A stretch of 64,000 nucleotides of DNA from Myxococcota bacterium (lineage in GTDB: Bacteria > Myxococcota_A > UBA9160 > UBA4427). Of the stretch, positions 50,401-60,060 are shown piece after piece. Location: NCBI GenBank assembly GCA_965250285.1, contig OZ252299.1, positions 6,184,918 to 6,248,917 of the forward strand. Direction: 5' to 3'. Both the position numbers and the translations under genes were made by a program. Below the pieces are notes generated by a model that was not told the origin of the DNA, did no database searches, and saw only the letters and a program-made list of their open reading frames with translations. Every line of letters starts with the position of its first letter. Position 1 is the first letter of the stretch.

Positions 50401-51095
50401 CAGGGCCCGGATCGCCGACGCGGCCGCGATCGCGCGATCGCGAAGAGCCCTGCGCCGAGCAGGGCGGCGGTGCTGGGTTCGGGGATGACGGTGACGAGCG
50501 TGTCGCCGACGGTGGCGACCTGGTCTTCGATGTCTTCGAGCATCAGTGGATCGCCTGAGCCGATGACGAAGGCGTTCCCGGCGAACTGCAGACCGATGTC
50601 GAACATGAAGCTCCCCTCCCGGGTCGCCGTGAACGTCATGGTGCTCAGATACGCGTTCGTCGCCGTCGCGCGCGTGACGACGTCTTCGAGGATTCGCGAT
50701 GAGACGAAGCCGGTCGCGACGTTCGGAGGCCCCGTGCCGGCCCAGATGGGCGGCGGATCGCAGCAGAAGTCACTGACGTCTGATTCCAGCCACACGTCGG
50801 GATTGCCCACGCCGCCGCCCGGCGAATAGAGCACGTAGCTGGCTGCGCCCGAGAGTTCGGGTGCGTAGTCGAAGGCGCTCGGTTCGTAGCCGAGACCCAC
50901 CTGAAACGCCCAGATCCCAGATTCGCCCTGGGTGTCGAGGAAGAGGTCGAAGCTGACCGGTTCTCCGATCGCGATGGTGGTCGACGTCGTTGGGACGAGT
51001 CGCAGCTCGAACGCTGCAGCGTGGTGGGCGCAGACCAGAATGACTGCGAGCGCCACGGCGGGCAATGCGTTGAGCCTCATCGAGGGAGTTCGCAT
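50400..51095 (-). CDS. PEP-CTERM sorted surface protein (cohesin-like beta domain)
   Basis: Signal peptide and C-terminal VIPEPSTAALLGAGL plus an Arg cluster. RBS GGAGG before the ATG at 51095. Confidence 0.88.
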   Translation of the reverse strand: MRTPSMRLNALPAVALAVILVCAHHAAAFELRLVPTTSTTIAIGEPVSFDLFLDTQGESGIWAFQVGLGYEPSAFDYAPELSGAASYVLYSPGGGVGNPDVWLESDVSDFCCDPPPIWAGTGPPNVATGFVSSRILEDVVTRATATNAYLSTMTFTATREGSFMFDIGLQFAGNAFVIGSGDPLMLEDIEDQVATVGDTLVTVIPEPSTAALLGAGLFAIARSRPRRRSGP

Positions 51096-51120
51096 CGTGC
51101 GGCCTCCGGGTTGATCGAGT

Positions 51121-51822
51121 TCAGCAGGTGCGGGCCTCACGCCAGCGCCGTCGCCCCAGGGCGTAGAGCCCGGCCCCGAGGAGGGCGGCGGTCCCCGGCT
51201 CCGGGATCACGGTGACGAGCGTACTGCCGACGGTCGAGACGCTCGACGTCACGTCTCGGGTCGTCGTCTCTCCGGGCGCCGGAGTGAGAAAAAAGCCGCT
51301 CCCACCAAAGTCGAGGGAGAGGTCGAACGCATAGTCGCCGGGCGTCGTTGCCTCGAACGTCATCGTGCTGATGAGCGTGTTCGTCGCGGTCGCGGTCGAC
51401 CCGAGCCCGCCGATGATCTGGTTGGACACGAAGACCGTGATCACGTTGGGCGGCCCGTATCCATTCCAGATCTCGGGCGGGTCGCAGCAGCCGGCCGGGT
51501 CGCCTCCAGGGGTCGACGTGAGCCAGACCGCGGGTGATCCGGGGCCACCCGACGGGGTGTAGAGGATGTAGTCCGTCGCATCGGAGAAGTCGGGTCGGTA
51601 GACGAAGCCGGTCTGGTCGTATCCGAGACCGACCTGGAAGCCCAGGATCTCGGACTCGCCCTGCGTGTCGAGAAAGAGATCGAAACTGACGGCATCGCCG
51701 ACTTCCACCGTCGTCGAGGTCGTCGGAACCAGCCGAAGCTCATACGCCGAGGCGTGGGTTGCGATCAGAAGTGTCAGTGCGAGAGCGGCCACCGCCGCGC
51801 GGACGTACGAATGCAGCATCAT
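51121..51822 (-). CDS. PEP-CTERM sorted surface protein, paralogue of neighbour
   Basis: Signal peptide, shared ELRLVPTTSTT...SFDLFLDTQGES, and C-terminal VIPEPGTAALLGAGL plus RRRWR. Confidence 0.9.
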   Translation of the reverse strand: MMLHSYVRAAVAALALTLLIATHASAYELRLVPTTSTTVEVGDAVSFDLFLDTQGESEILGFQVGLGYDQTGFVYRPDFSDATDYILYTPSGGPGSPAVWLTSTPGGDPAGCCDPPEIWNGYGPPNVITVFVSNQIIGGLGSTATATNTLISTMTFEATTPGDYAFDLSLDFGGSGFFLTPAPGETTTRDVTSSVSTVGSTLVTVIPEPGTAALLGAGLYALGRRRWREARTC

Positions 51823-51905
51823 GAATCCTCCCCAGGATGCTTCGATTCTGCACGTTCGGTTCGATCGGTGTAAAGCGAATCCGCGACGTTCGAGTGAAGT
51901 CGCGC

Positions 51906-52724
51906 TCAGCCGGCCGCGTCGAATGCGTCGGCCATGACATCGGTCGGCGCCGACCTATCGGCCCAGGCTTCGAGCTGAAGCGCGCCCTGGTAGACGAGCA
52001 TCCACTTGCCCCCCACGACGTGGGCACCGGCGGCGTCGGCCTCTCGCAGCAGCCGTGTCATCGGAGGGTCGTAGACCGCGTCCATCACCACCGAGCCCGC
52101 GCGCAGCGCCGACGCCGGCACCGGCGATGCGTCGCTCTTGAGCCCGACGCTCGTCGTGTTGACGAGGATGTCGTGTTCGAAGTCGGCCAGCGCTTCGAGC
52201 GGACCCGACTCGGCACCGAATGCGCGGGCCAGCTCATCGGCGCGTGCGACCGTGCGATTCAAGACGGTCACGCGCGCGCCCGCCCGGCCGAGGCCGTAGA
52301 CGAGGGCGCGCGCTGCCCCGCCCGCGCCGAGCACGACGGCGCGCTGGCCGCGCAGCTCGCCGGCGCGCTCGAGCGCGCGAATCGCGCCCGGGCAGTCGGT
52401 GTTCGACCCGATCAGGCGATCGCCGTCGCGGACCACGGTGTTCACGGCCCCGATGCGCCGCGCCGTCTCGTCGACGTCGTCGAGCAGCGCGAGGATCGAC
52501 TCCTTGTGCGGGATCGAGACCGAGAGCTGGCGAATGCCCGCATCGCGCAGGGCCGCGAGCTTCGCTTCGAGGCCATCGGGGGGGACGTCCCAGACCTCGT
52601 AGCGCGCGTCGAGCCCGAGCGCGGCGTAGGCGGCGGTGTGCATCGCGGGCGAGCGCGTGTGGCCCGCAGGATGCAGCACGATGCCGCAGAGGGCGGGGCC
52701 GCTGTCGGCTTGGGCGTCGGGCAT
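51906..52724 (-). CDS. aroE: Shikimate dehydrogenase
   Basis: HTRSPAMH, SIPHK, IGAVNT, NTD, GAGGAAR, NRT, DAVYDP, MLVYQG. The start is placed at the internal ATG. Confidence 0.93.
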   Translation of the reverse strand: MPDAQADSGPALCGIVLHPAGHTRSPAMHTAAYAALGLDARYEVWDVPPDGLEAKLAALRDAGIRQLSVSIPHKESILALLDDVDETARRIGAVNTVVRDGDRLIGSNTDCPGAIRALERAGELRGQRAVVLGAGGAARALVYGLGRAGARVTVLNRTVARADELARAFGAESGPLEALADFEHDILVNTTSVGLKSDASPVPASALRAGSVVMDAVYDPPMTRLLREADAAGAHVVGGKWMLVYQGALQLEAWADRSAPTDVMADAFDAAG

Positions 52725-53022
52725 GGGACTCCGGGCGATCGGGTCGGTGCAGGGGGCGGCGCAAGCGCGTGCGGCGCTCGAACGTAGCGCGGGCAGACCC
52801 GTGAATTGGCGAGTGCCGCCCGGCTGGCTCGCTGCGGTCGCGTTCCAGACGGACGGCTCCATGCGTCGCAGGCGAAGCGCACCCGGTGCCCGTTGCCCAA
52901 CCGTGATCCCCCGAGTTGCCGGTGGGCTGCGTGCGCGAGAGCCCTCAAGACGGGGCCTCGTCCCCTCGATGTGAACCAAGAGGCCGCCCCCTTCTCCCCC
53001 CGGCCTCAGGAGACGCACGCCC

Positions 53023-54246
53023 ATGCGCGTTCTCGTGGCCGTCGAGGGCACCCGCGGCGACGTTCACCCGATGCTCACCCTCGCGGCCTCGCTCGAGTCG
53101 GCGGGGCATCGCGTCGCGTTCTGCGCGCCCGAAGACGCCGGCCCCGACGTGCGCGCCCGCGGCTTCGACTTCACCTCGACGGGCGAGGACATCCAGGCGT
53201 TCCTCACCACGAACGCCGACGCGCTCCACACCCGCGGACCGCGCTTCTTCGCCGCGGTCAACGAGTGGACCGACCGCTCGATCGTCTCGCAGTTTCGCGT
53301 GGTGAGCGATCTCGCGACCGAGGCCGACTTCGTGATCGCCGCAGGCACGATGATGGCCGCGTCGTCGGCCGCCGAGCTGCGCGGTGTGCCGTATCGCTAC
53401 GTGCTCTTCACGCCCGCGATGTTGCCGAGCGTGACGCACTCGCCGGCGCTGCTGCCGTGGCAGTCGTCGCGGCCTTGGGTGAATCGACTGCTCTGGTGGT
53501 GCCTGCCCCACCTCGCGCGCTTCGGCGTCGGGCGGGTCGTGAATCGACAGCGGCGCGAGATCGGCCTCGACCCGATGCGCGATGCGGTGCGCGAGCTGCT
53601 CTCGCCGCGTCCGATCCTCGCGACCGACGACGTGCTGACGCCCGGGCCCGCCGACAGCCCGATCCCGTTCGAGCAGATGCGTTGCTTCCATCCCCATACC
53701 CCGGGGCCCTTGCCCGCGAAGCTCGAGGCGTTTCTCGCCGCGGGCGAGCCGCCGGTCTACTTCGGCTTCGGCAGCATGACCGACCCGCAGCCCTACGAGA
53801 CGACGGAGTGCCTGCTCGAGACCGTCGACGCGCTCGGCGTGCGCGCCGTCGTCTCGAAGGGCTGGGCCGGGCTCGGAGAGACGAGCGTGCCCGAGGGCGT
53901 GTTCGTGACCGGGCCCGTGCCGCACGCCAGCCTCTTCGCTCGGTGCAGCGCCATCGTGCATCACGGCGGGTCGGGCACGACGCATACGGCCGCGCGCGCC
54001 GGTGTGCCGCAGGTCGTCGTGCCCCACGTGCTCGATCAGTTCTACTTCGAGCGTCGCCTGAATGCGCTCGGCGTCGCACCGCCGGGCATCCCGCGCTGGC
54101 AGCTCACGACCCAGCGGCTGGTCGAGACCCTGCGGGCCGTGCTCGACGCCGAGATCGTCGGTGAGCGTGCGCGCGAGCTGGGGGAGCGGCTGGCGGCGCT
54201 GGGCGCCACGCAGCCCGACGCCGAGCGGGTCTTGCAGGGGGCGTAG
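53023..54246 (+). CDS. GT-B glycosyltransferase (GT1/GT28, sterol/rhamnosyl-transferase-like)
   Basis: GTRGDVHP, VYFGFGSM, VHHGGSGTT, DQ. Confidence 0.92.
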   Translation: MRVLVAVEGTRGDVHPMLTLAASLESAGHRVAFCAPEDAGPDVRARGFDFTSTGEDIQAFLTTNADALHTRGPRFFAAVNEWTDRSIVSQFRVVSDLATEADFVIAAGTMMAASSAAELRGVPYRYVLFTPAMLPSVTHSPALLPWQSSRPWVNRLLWWCLPHLARFGVGRVVNRQRREIGLDPMRDAVRELLSPRPILATDDVLTPGPADSPIPFEQMRCFHPHTPGPLPAKLEAFLAAGEPPVYFGFGSMTDPQPYETTECLLETVDALGVRAVVSKGWAGLGETSVPEGVFVTGPVPHASLFARCSAIVHHGGSGTTHTAARAGVPQVVVPHVLDQFYFERRLNALGVAPPGIPRWQLTTQRLVETLRAVLDAEIVGERARELGERLAALGATQPDAERVLQGA

Positions 54247-54257
54247 CGCGTCGTCGC

Positions 54258-55115
54258 TCAGCTCGACTCGACGCGTGCGAGGACGGCCTTGAGGTCGTCC
54301 CACACGGCGCGGCGGTTTTCGGGCGTGTACTGGCGCAGCACGTAGGCCGGGTGCAGGGTCGGCATCAGCGGAATGCCCTGGTAATCGTGCCAGGTGCCGC
54401 GGATGCGCGTGATCGCGACTTCGCGCCCGAGCAAGAGACCCGCGGCGGGCTTGCCGAGAGCGACGATCACCTTCGGGTTCACGGCCTCGATCTGCCCATC
54501 GAGGAACGGTCGACACGCAGCGACCTCGTCGGGCAGCGGCGTGCGGTTTCGCGGCGGTCGGCACTTCACGATGTTGCAGATGTAGACGTCGCTGCGCGCG
54601 AGCCCCATGCCCTTCTCGATCATCTGCGTGAGCAGCTCGCCGGCGCGGCCGACGAAGGGCAGGCCCTGCTCATCTTCGCTCTGGCCGGGGCCCTCGCCGA
54701 CGAACAGGATGTCGGCGTGCGGGTCGCCGTCGCCGAAGACGATGTGCTGGCGGCCGTTGTGGAGCCCGCATCGCGTGCAGTCGCCGAGCTCGGCGCGCAC
54801 CTGTTCGAGGGTGAGGCGGGCGTTGCTCGGAGCCGGCGGCTCGGCCTCGCTCGCAACGGGCGGCGCACCGACTTCGGCGTCGCGCGACGGGCGCTGTTCT
54901 CGCGTCGTCATCGGCGTTGCCGCTGATTCGACGGGCGTGTCCTGGCTCGGGGCCGGGGCCGCCGACTCGGGCGCCTCCATCGGCGCTGCGGTCGAGGCGC
55001 GCGCGGCGTCGCGGTCGAACGACTCGATGCCTTCTTCGGCCCATTCGGCCACGACCGCGCGCGCGGCGGCGATCACGTCGCGGGCTTCTCGGGCGATGTC
55101 GGCGCGGTCGGTCAC
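54258..55115 (-). CDS. Uracil-DNA glycosylase family 4 ([4Fe-4S])
   Basis: CTRCGL, VGEGPG..ED, PFVGRAG, NIVKCRPP, TLHPAYVLR. Probable GTG start at 55115, followed by a Pro/Ala-rich linker. Confidence 0.93.
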   Translation of the reverse strand: MTDRADIAREARDVIAAARAVVAEWAEEGIESFDRDAARASTAAPMEAPESAAPAPSQDTPVESAATPMTTREQRPSRDAEVGAPPVASEAEPPAPSNARLTLEQVRAELGDCTRCGLHNGRQHIVFGDGDPHADILFVGEGPGQSEDEQGLPFVGRAGELLTQMIEKGMGLARSDVYICNIVKCRPPRNRTPLPDEVAACRPFLDGQIEAVNPKVIVALGKPAAGLLLGREVAITRIRGTWHDYQGIPLMPTLHPAYVLRQYTPENRRAVWDDLKAVLARVESS

Positions 55116-55705
55116 GGGGTCTCCCGCTGCGCAGGAAGGCAGCGGGAAACAGGTAGTCGGGTGAGGGAGCGCGTGCCAGTCGGGCGCGAAGCGAAGCCCC
55201 CGCTGGTCGGCCCCCGACCCGGAGGCGCTGGCCGTCTGGAACGAGCAGACGGCCAACGCCCGGCCGGCGTCGAGCCAGATCGCCGGCTCGCGGCGGGGGC
55301 TTCTCCGTGAAACTCTCGCGCAGTCAGCCAAGCGCGCTGAACGCGAGCCCCCTCCGCCCAGAAGCGTCAGGGCGCGGCTTCGGGCCCCAGGTGCGATCCA
55401 CCACTCGCGGGGCTGATCGGATCGCACCACGCTTCTCATCGGAAGTAGCGACGCGGGTTGCAGCGTGTCATGCCGATTCGCGGATCGACGCGAAAAGTCG
55501 CGAAGCGTTCGACTCGTCACGTCGATGCGTCGGGATCGAACGCTCGATCGAGCGGAATGCCCCCCAATGCCGATCGTCGCTAGTGTGCCCGCACGCGCGA
55601 ACACGGTGGCATCCCATCGCCGCGTCGCGGCGGCGAACGTGACGAAGGACACGCGGGCTCCGCTTGCATCCGCCGGATCGAAGATGGAGGCGGCCTCTCA
55701 CCGCA

Positions 55706-55868
55706 AAGGAGCGGGTTCATGGCGATGATCCGAGCCGACTTCGACCAAGGAGCGGGTTCATGGCGATGATCCGAGCCGACTTCGACAAAGGAGCGGGTTT
55801 GTGGCGATGATCCGAGTCGACTTCGACAATGGAGCGGGTTTGTGGCGATGATCCGAGTCGACTTCGAC
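55706..55868 (+). repeat. 41-bp tandem repeat x4 covering the RBS and first codons of the downstream gene
   Basis: A(A/T)GGAGCGGGTT(CA/TG)TGGCGATGATCCGAG(C/T)CGACTTCGAC at 55706, 55747, 55788 and 55829. Confidence 0.95.
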
Positions 55869-56873
55869 GAGGCGCGTGACCGCGTCGACACGTCGTTCCG
55901 CGCACTCGGCGTCCCCGACGCGGGCGCACGCACACTCGCTGAGATCCTGACGACGAACTCGCTCGAAGGGGTCGTTTCGCATGGGCTGCACTTCTTTTCG
56001 CTGATCCGAAACGGCCTGAAGCGCGGGTCGATCGTGCCGACCGCGAAGCCGGTGTGCGCGGCGGCGTTCGGCGCCTGGGAGCAGTGGGATGGTCGGCGCG
56101 GTCCGGGCCCGCTCTCGGCGCTCGCGGCCACCGACCGGGCCATCGAGCTGGCACGCGAGCACGGTCTGGGCGCCGTCGGCTTGCGACACACCAATCACTG
56201 GACGCGACCGGGCTACTACGGTCATCACGCTGCGCGCCGCGGCTTCGGCCTGATTTGCTGGGCGAATACGCCGGCGGTGATGCCGCCCTGGGGCAGTCGC
56301 GTGCCGCGCCTCGGCAACAACCCGATCGTCTTCGCGTGGCCAAACGGCGAGCGACCCATCGTGCACGACATGGCGCTCTCGCAATTCTCGATGGGGCGCC
56401 TGCGCACGACCGAGCTCGAGGGCGGCGTGTTGCCCGTGCCCGGCGGCTACGACGCCGAGGGCGCCCTCACCACCGATGCGGCCGCCATCTCGAGCTCGGT
56501 GCGCCCGCTGCCCGTCGGCTACTGGAAGGGCAGTGGGCTCGCGCTGCTGCTCGACCTGTTCGCCGCGAGCCTCGCGGGCGGCCACACGACGCTCGATCGC
56601 ACAGAGGCGCCTGATGTCGACGACGTCTCACAGGTCTTCATCGCGATCGACTTCGAGGGCCGGGGCGACGGCGAGGGGATGCGCGCGATGGCCGAGCGCG
56701 TGATCGACGATCTGCGCAGTACGTTCGTTCCGGCCGAAGATGCACCCGACGCCACGTTCCGATACCCCGGCCAGGGGGTCGCCGAGCGGCGCAGTGAGAA
56801 TGCGTCGGCGGGCGTGCCCGTCGACGAGCGGGTCTGGCGCAAGATCGTCGAGGTCTCCGATGCCGCGCCCTGA
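55842..56873 (+). CDS. dlgD: 3-dehydro-L-gulonate 2-dehydrogenase-like (YiaK/DlgD; Ldh_2 family)
   Basis: GVVSHG, GAWEQWDG, TNHW.R.G.YG, ICWANT..MPPWG, LGNNP, DMALSQFS, GYWKGSGL, RYPG. Confidence 0.82.
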   Translation: MAMIRVDFDEARDRVDTSFRALGVPDAGARTLAEILTTNSLEGVVSHGLHFFSLIRNGLKRGSIVPTAKPVCAAAFGAWEQWDGRRGPGPLSALAATDRAIELAREHGLGAVGLRHTNHWTRPGYYGHHAARRGFGLICWANTPAVMPPWGSRVPRLGNNPIVFAWPNGERPIVHDMALSQFSMGRLRTTELEGGVLPVPGGYDAEGALTTDAAAISSSVRPLPVGYWKGSGLALLLDLFAASLAGGHTTLDRTEAPDVDDVSQVFIAIDFEGRGDGEGMRAMAERVIDDLRSTFVPAEDAPDATFRYPGQGVAERRSENASAGVPVDERVWRKIVEVSDAAP

Positions 56874-56891
56874 TCGAGGAGTCGACCCGCG

Positions 56892-57353
56892 ATGATCGAG
56901 ATTTTCATCGACGCCGACGCCTGCCCGGTGAAGGACGAGGTCTACGCCGTCGCCGCCCGCTACGGCGTGCTCGTTCACGTCGTCGCGAATCAGCGAATGA
57001 ACGTGCCTCGCGATCTCGGCGTCGAGATGGTGCTCGTCGAGCAGGGCCCCGACGTCGCCGACGACTGGATCGTCGATCAGGTGCATCAGTTCGACGTCGT
57101 CATCACGGCCGATCTGCCGCTGGCGTCGCGCTGCATCCCCTACGGTGCCTTCGTGCTGAGCCCGGCGGGTCGTGAGTTCGATGCCGACTCGATCGGCGAT
57201 CTCGTTGCGACGCGAGATCTCAAGGCCGATCTGCGGTCAGGCGGCGCGAGCACCGGGGGGCCGCCGCCCATGACCGGCCGCGATCGATCCCGCTTCTCGT
57301 CGAAACTCGACGAGCTCGTGCAGCGCAGCCTGCGCGCGGCCGAATCGGCCTGA
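56892..57353 (+). CDS. YaiI/YqxD (UPF0178) family protein
   Basis: IFIDADACPVKDE, DVADDWI, VITADLPLA, GGPPP. Confidence 0.93.
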   Translation: MIEIFIDADACPVKDEVYAVAARYGVLVHVVANQRMNVPRDLGVEMVLVEQGPDVADDWIVDQVHQFDVVITADLPLASRCIPYGAFVLSPAGREFDADSIGDLVATRDLKADLRSGGASTGGPPPMTGRDRSRFSSKLDELVQRSLRAAESA

Positions 57354-57386
57354 TCCGGATCTGCTGCCACAGCCCGGCCGCCGAAG

Positions 57387-59840
57387 CTAGATGCCGAGGC
57401 TGACGCGAATGCCCGTCGTGCGCGGTCGGTCGTAGGCGTTGAGCAGCGGGGCGCCGAGCAGGCTCGAGCCGACGATCTTGGTCGTCGCGACGTCCTGATC
57501 GAGGGCGTTCTCGACGAAGAGGTCGACGCCGACGCGGCCGTCCTGGGTCTGCCAGCCGAGCCGGAAGTTCAGCAGCACGTACGCGTCCTGGGTGTCTTCG
57601 GGCTCGTTGGTCGGGCGGAAGAACACCTTGTCCGAGGCGAACACCTGACCGAAGGGCGTGAGGGTGCCAAAGCGGCCGAGGTCGATCGCGTAGGTCGCGA
57701 TGAACGAGCCCGAGAGCCGAGGCGCCCGGCTCAATCGATTGCCCGTGCAGTCGTCGGTCTCGAGATCCTTGGCGTCGAGGCAGCCGTCGAAGTCGGTGTA
57801 GACCGAGTTCAGGTAGGCGAACTGCGCGGTGAGCGTGAGCGGATCGGTCGGTCGCCAGGTCATCTCGGTTTCGATGCCCCAGACCCGGGCCGTCGCGGCG
57901 TTCTGGATGATGTTGGTCGCCTCGAAGATCTGGCTGACCTGCAGGTCGCGGTACCAATAGGTGAAGAGCGTGCCGTTCAGCAGCAGGCGGTTGTCGAGCA
58001 GCGTGTTCTTCATGCCGCCTTCGAGCGAGAAGATGTTCTCGGGGTCGGCGTTCGGCGGATCGAGGACCTCGCCGCCCAACAGCGCGATCTCGTTGTTCAG
58101 CGCGCCCGACTTGTAGCCGGTCGAGAAGCTGCCGTAGACGAGGTTCTCATCGGTGAGCTGATAGTCGAGGCTGATGCGGCCGCTCGGCAGCCCCCAGTTG
58201 TCGCGCCGATCGTCGTCGATCTCCGAGTAGACCCGCTGGCCGAGGATGTCTTGTTCCGGCGATTGCAGGTGCGACGCCTTCCAGTCGTGGCTGTAGCGCA
58301 GGCCGATCTCGAGCTTGGCCCTCTCGCTGAATTGCCACCATATGTTGGTATAGGCCGCGGCCGAGTAGACCTCGGAGTCGAACTCCTGGAAGAACGGGAA
58401 GTCGATCTCGAGCGGGGGCGTGTTCGGGACCCCCAGGTCGATGCGCAGCTTCGACGGAGCGTCCACGTCGCGCTGCCCTCGGCTGCCGAGGTGGAAGAGG
58501 CCGAGCAGCCAGCCCCAGTCGGCGTCGGTATCCGATGACCAGTTGATCTCACCCACCCATTCACGGGTCTGCGACGTGTCGTCGAGCCGCGCGATCAGCA
58601 TGTCGGTGTAGTCCTGGTCCGAGAACTCCTCGTCGTTGTATTTCGTGAACGAGCCGAGCAGGCGCAGCTTCGTTTCGCCGAAAAACGGCAGCTCGGGCAT
58701 CGTCCAGAGCAGGTCCGTGTTGCCGTTGATCGTCTCGATGTCGATGCTGCCCGTCGTGTCCTCGTAGACGTGACGCGGGTTCTCGGGGTTCGGCGTGGCG
58801 CCCGCGTAGATCGGCTGCTGCGCGGGGAACGGGGGTGGCAGCGGCAGGGTCACGAAGGGCGGGATCGGGCCATCGCGCTTCAGTCCGTACCCGACGCCGC
58901 GCTTGCGCGCATAGTTGACGCGCAGTGTCCACTCGACCGACTCGTCGGGCGCGAAGAGCACCTGCGTTCGGATGCCGAAGTCATCGGCGTCATCGGCGTC
59001 GTTGTACGTGCCCGCGGGCCGGTTGCAGTTGGGCGTGTTGATGTCTTCGTTGTCGTCGTCGCGGCCGTCGCAGAAGTTCTTCTGATAGCCGTCGCGATTC
59101 TCGTAGTAGCCGCTCGCGCGAAAGGCGAGCATATCTTCGGCGATCGGGATGTTGACCACCGCGCGCACGAGCTGCTGGTAGTAGTTGCCGAACTGCACGT
59201 CGCCGAAGAGCTCGAAGTCGGGGCTCGGCGGGTTCGAGATGATGTTCATCGCGCCGCCGGTCGCATTGCGGCCGTAGAGCGTGCCCTGAGGACCACGCAG
59301 CACCTCGATCCGCTGCAGGTCGAAGAAGGTGAGGGCGGTGACCGCCCGCGCCCGGTTCTGGTAGACGCCATCGATGTGCACGGCGGTCGACTGATCGGTG
59401 CCCTGACCGCTCGACACACCGCGGATCGTGATCTTCGCGTCGCCCTGCTGCTGTCCGTAGTGCAGGTTGGGGACGAGGGTCTGGATGTCCTGCACGGCGA
59501 GGATGCCGGCTTCGTCGAGCTGCCCGCCCGAGATCGCCGAGACCGCCGCGGGCACCTCTTGCAGGTTCTCGGCCCGCTTCTGGGCGGTGACGGTCAGGGT
59601 CTCGACGCCGCTGAACGGCTCGGGCTCGGCCTCGTCTTCTTCGGTCTCTTCTTCGGTCGCCAGCGACTCGTCGGGCGGAGCCGTGTCGGGTTCGGCGCCC
59701 GGAATCTCTTCGTCGGCGATCTCGTCGCCGATCTCCTCGTCTAGGGCCTGATCGACCTGAGCGAATGCCGCGGGGGACGCGAGGAAAATCAAGGCGGCCA
59801 GGAGCCCGAGCCACGCGCGTCGCTGCCGGATCGACATCAT
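57387..59840 (-). CDS. TonB-dependent receptor
   Basis: Signal peptide, acidic extension, TonB box ETLTVTAQKR, plug motif RIEVLRGPQGTLYGRNATGGA, and a barrel ending PRTTGIRVSLGI. Confidence 0.95.
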   Translation of the reverse strand: MMSIRQRRAWLGLLAALIFLASPAAFAQVDQALDEEIGDEIADEEIPGAEPDTAPPDESLATEEETEEDEAEPEPFSGVETLTVTAQKRAENLQEVPAAVSAISGGQLDEAGILAVQDIQTLVPNLHYGQQQGDAKITIRGVSSGQGTDQSTAVHIDGVYQNRARAVTALTFFDLQRIEVLRGPQGTLYGRNATGGAMNIISNPPSPDFELFGDVQFGNYYQQLVRAVVNIPIAEDMLAFRASGYYENRDGYQKNFCDGRDDDNEDINTPNCNRPAGTYNDADDADDFGIRTQVLFAPDESVEWTLRVNYARKRGVGYGLKRDGPIPPFVTLPLPPPFPAQQPIYAGATPNPENPRHVYEDTTGSIDIETINGNTDLLWTMPELPFFGETKLRLLGSFTKYNDEEFSDQDYTDMLIARLDDTSQTREWVGEINWSSDTDADWGWLLGLFHLGSRGQRDVDAPSKLRIDLGVPNTPPLEIDFPFFQEFDSEVYSAAAYTNIWWQFSERAKLEIGLRYSHDWKASHLQSPEQDILGQRVYSEIDDDRRDNWGLPSGRISLDYQLTDENLVYGSFSTGYKSGALNNEIALLGGEVLDPPNADPENIFSLEGGMKNTLLDNRLLLNGTLFTYWYRDLQVSQIFEATNIIQNAATARVWGIETEMTWRPTDPLTLTAQFAYLNSVYTDFDGCLDAKDLETDDCTGNRLSRAPRLSGSFIATYAIDLGRFGTLTPFGQVFASDKVFFRPTNEPEDTQDAYVLLNFRLGWQTQDGRVGVDLFVENALDQDVATTKIVGSSLLGAPLLNAYDRPRTTGIRVSLGI

Positions 59841-60060
59841 CAAGGTCTCCCCCCAACCGCCCGATGCGCCGCGCGAAGCGGTGTTCCGAGCGACTTGACG
59901 ACGTGTCAGATCTCCATCGTATCATGCGGCGCGCGGTGTTCGGGGCCCGATTGCGCTCGCCGGCTGGCGGGGCTCGCTTGGGTTGGGCGGGTCGATTCAC
60001 GCCCTCGGCGATGCGCTGCGCCGCGTCATCGACGCCCCAGACGTCTTCTGAATCGACGCT

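Noticed and set aside
55123..55146. SRP RNA-like GGAAGGCAGC motif
   Set aside because: It lacks the CAGG-CC-GGAA-GG-AGCAG domain IV arrangement and is only a simple hairpin CCCGCTGC/GCAGCGGG upstream of the UDG gene.
55116..55705. Long N-terminal extension of UDG or a hidden gene in the 590-bp gap
   Set aside because: The translations are Arg/Ser/Ala-rich without motifs. The gap is more likely a divergent promoter region, though a small RNA or peptide cannot be excluded.
55706..55868. Possible CRISPR or attachment-site repeats
   Set aside because: The units are head-to-tail with no spacers and are copies of the gene's own RBS and start. No integrase or cas gene is nearby.
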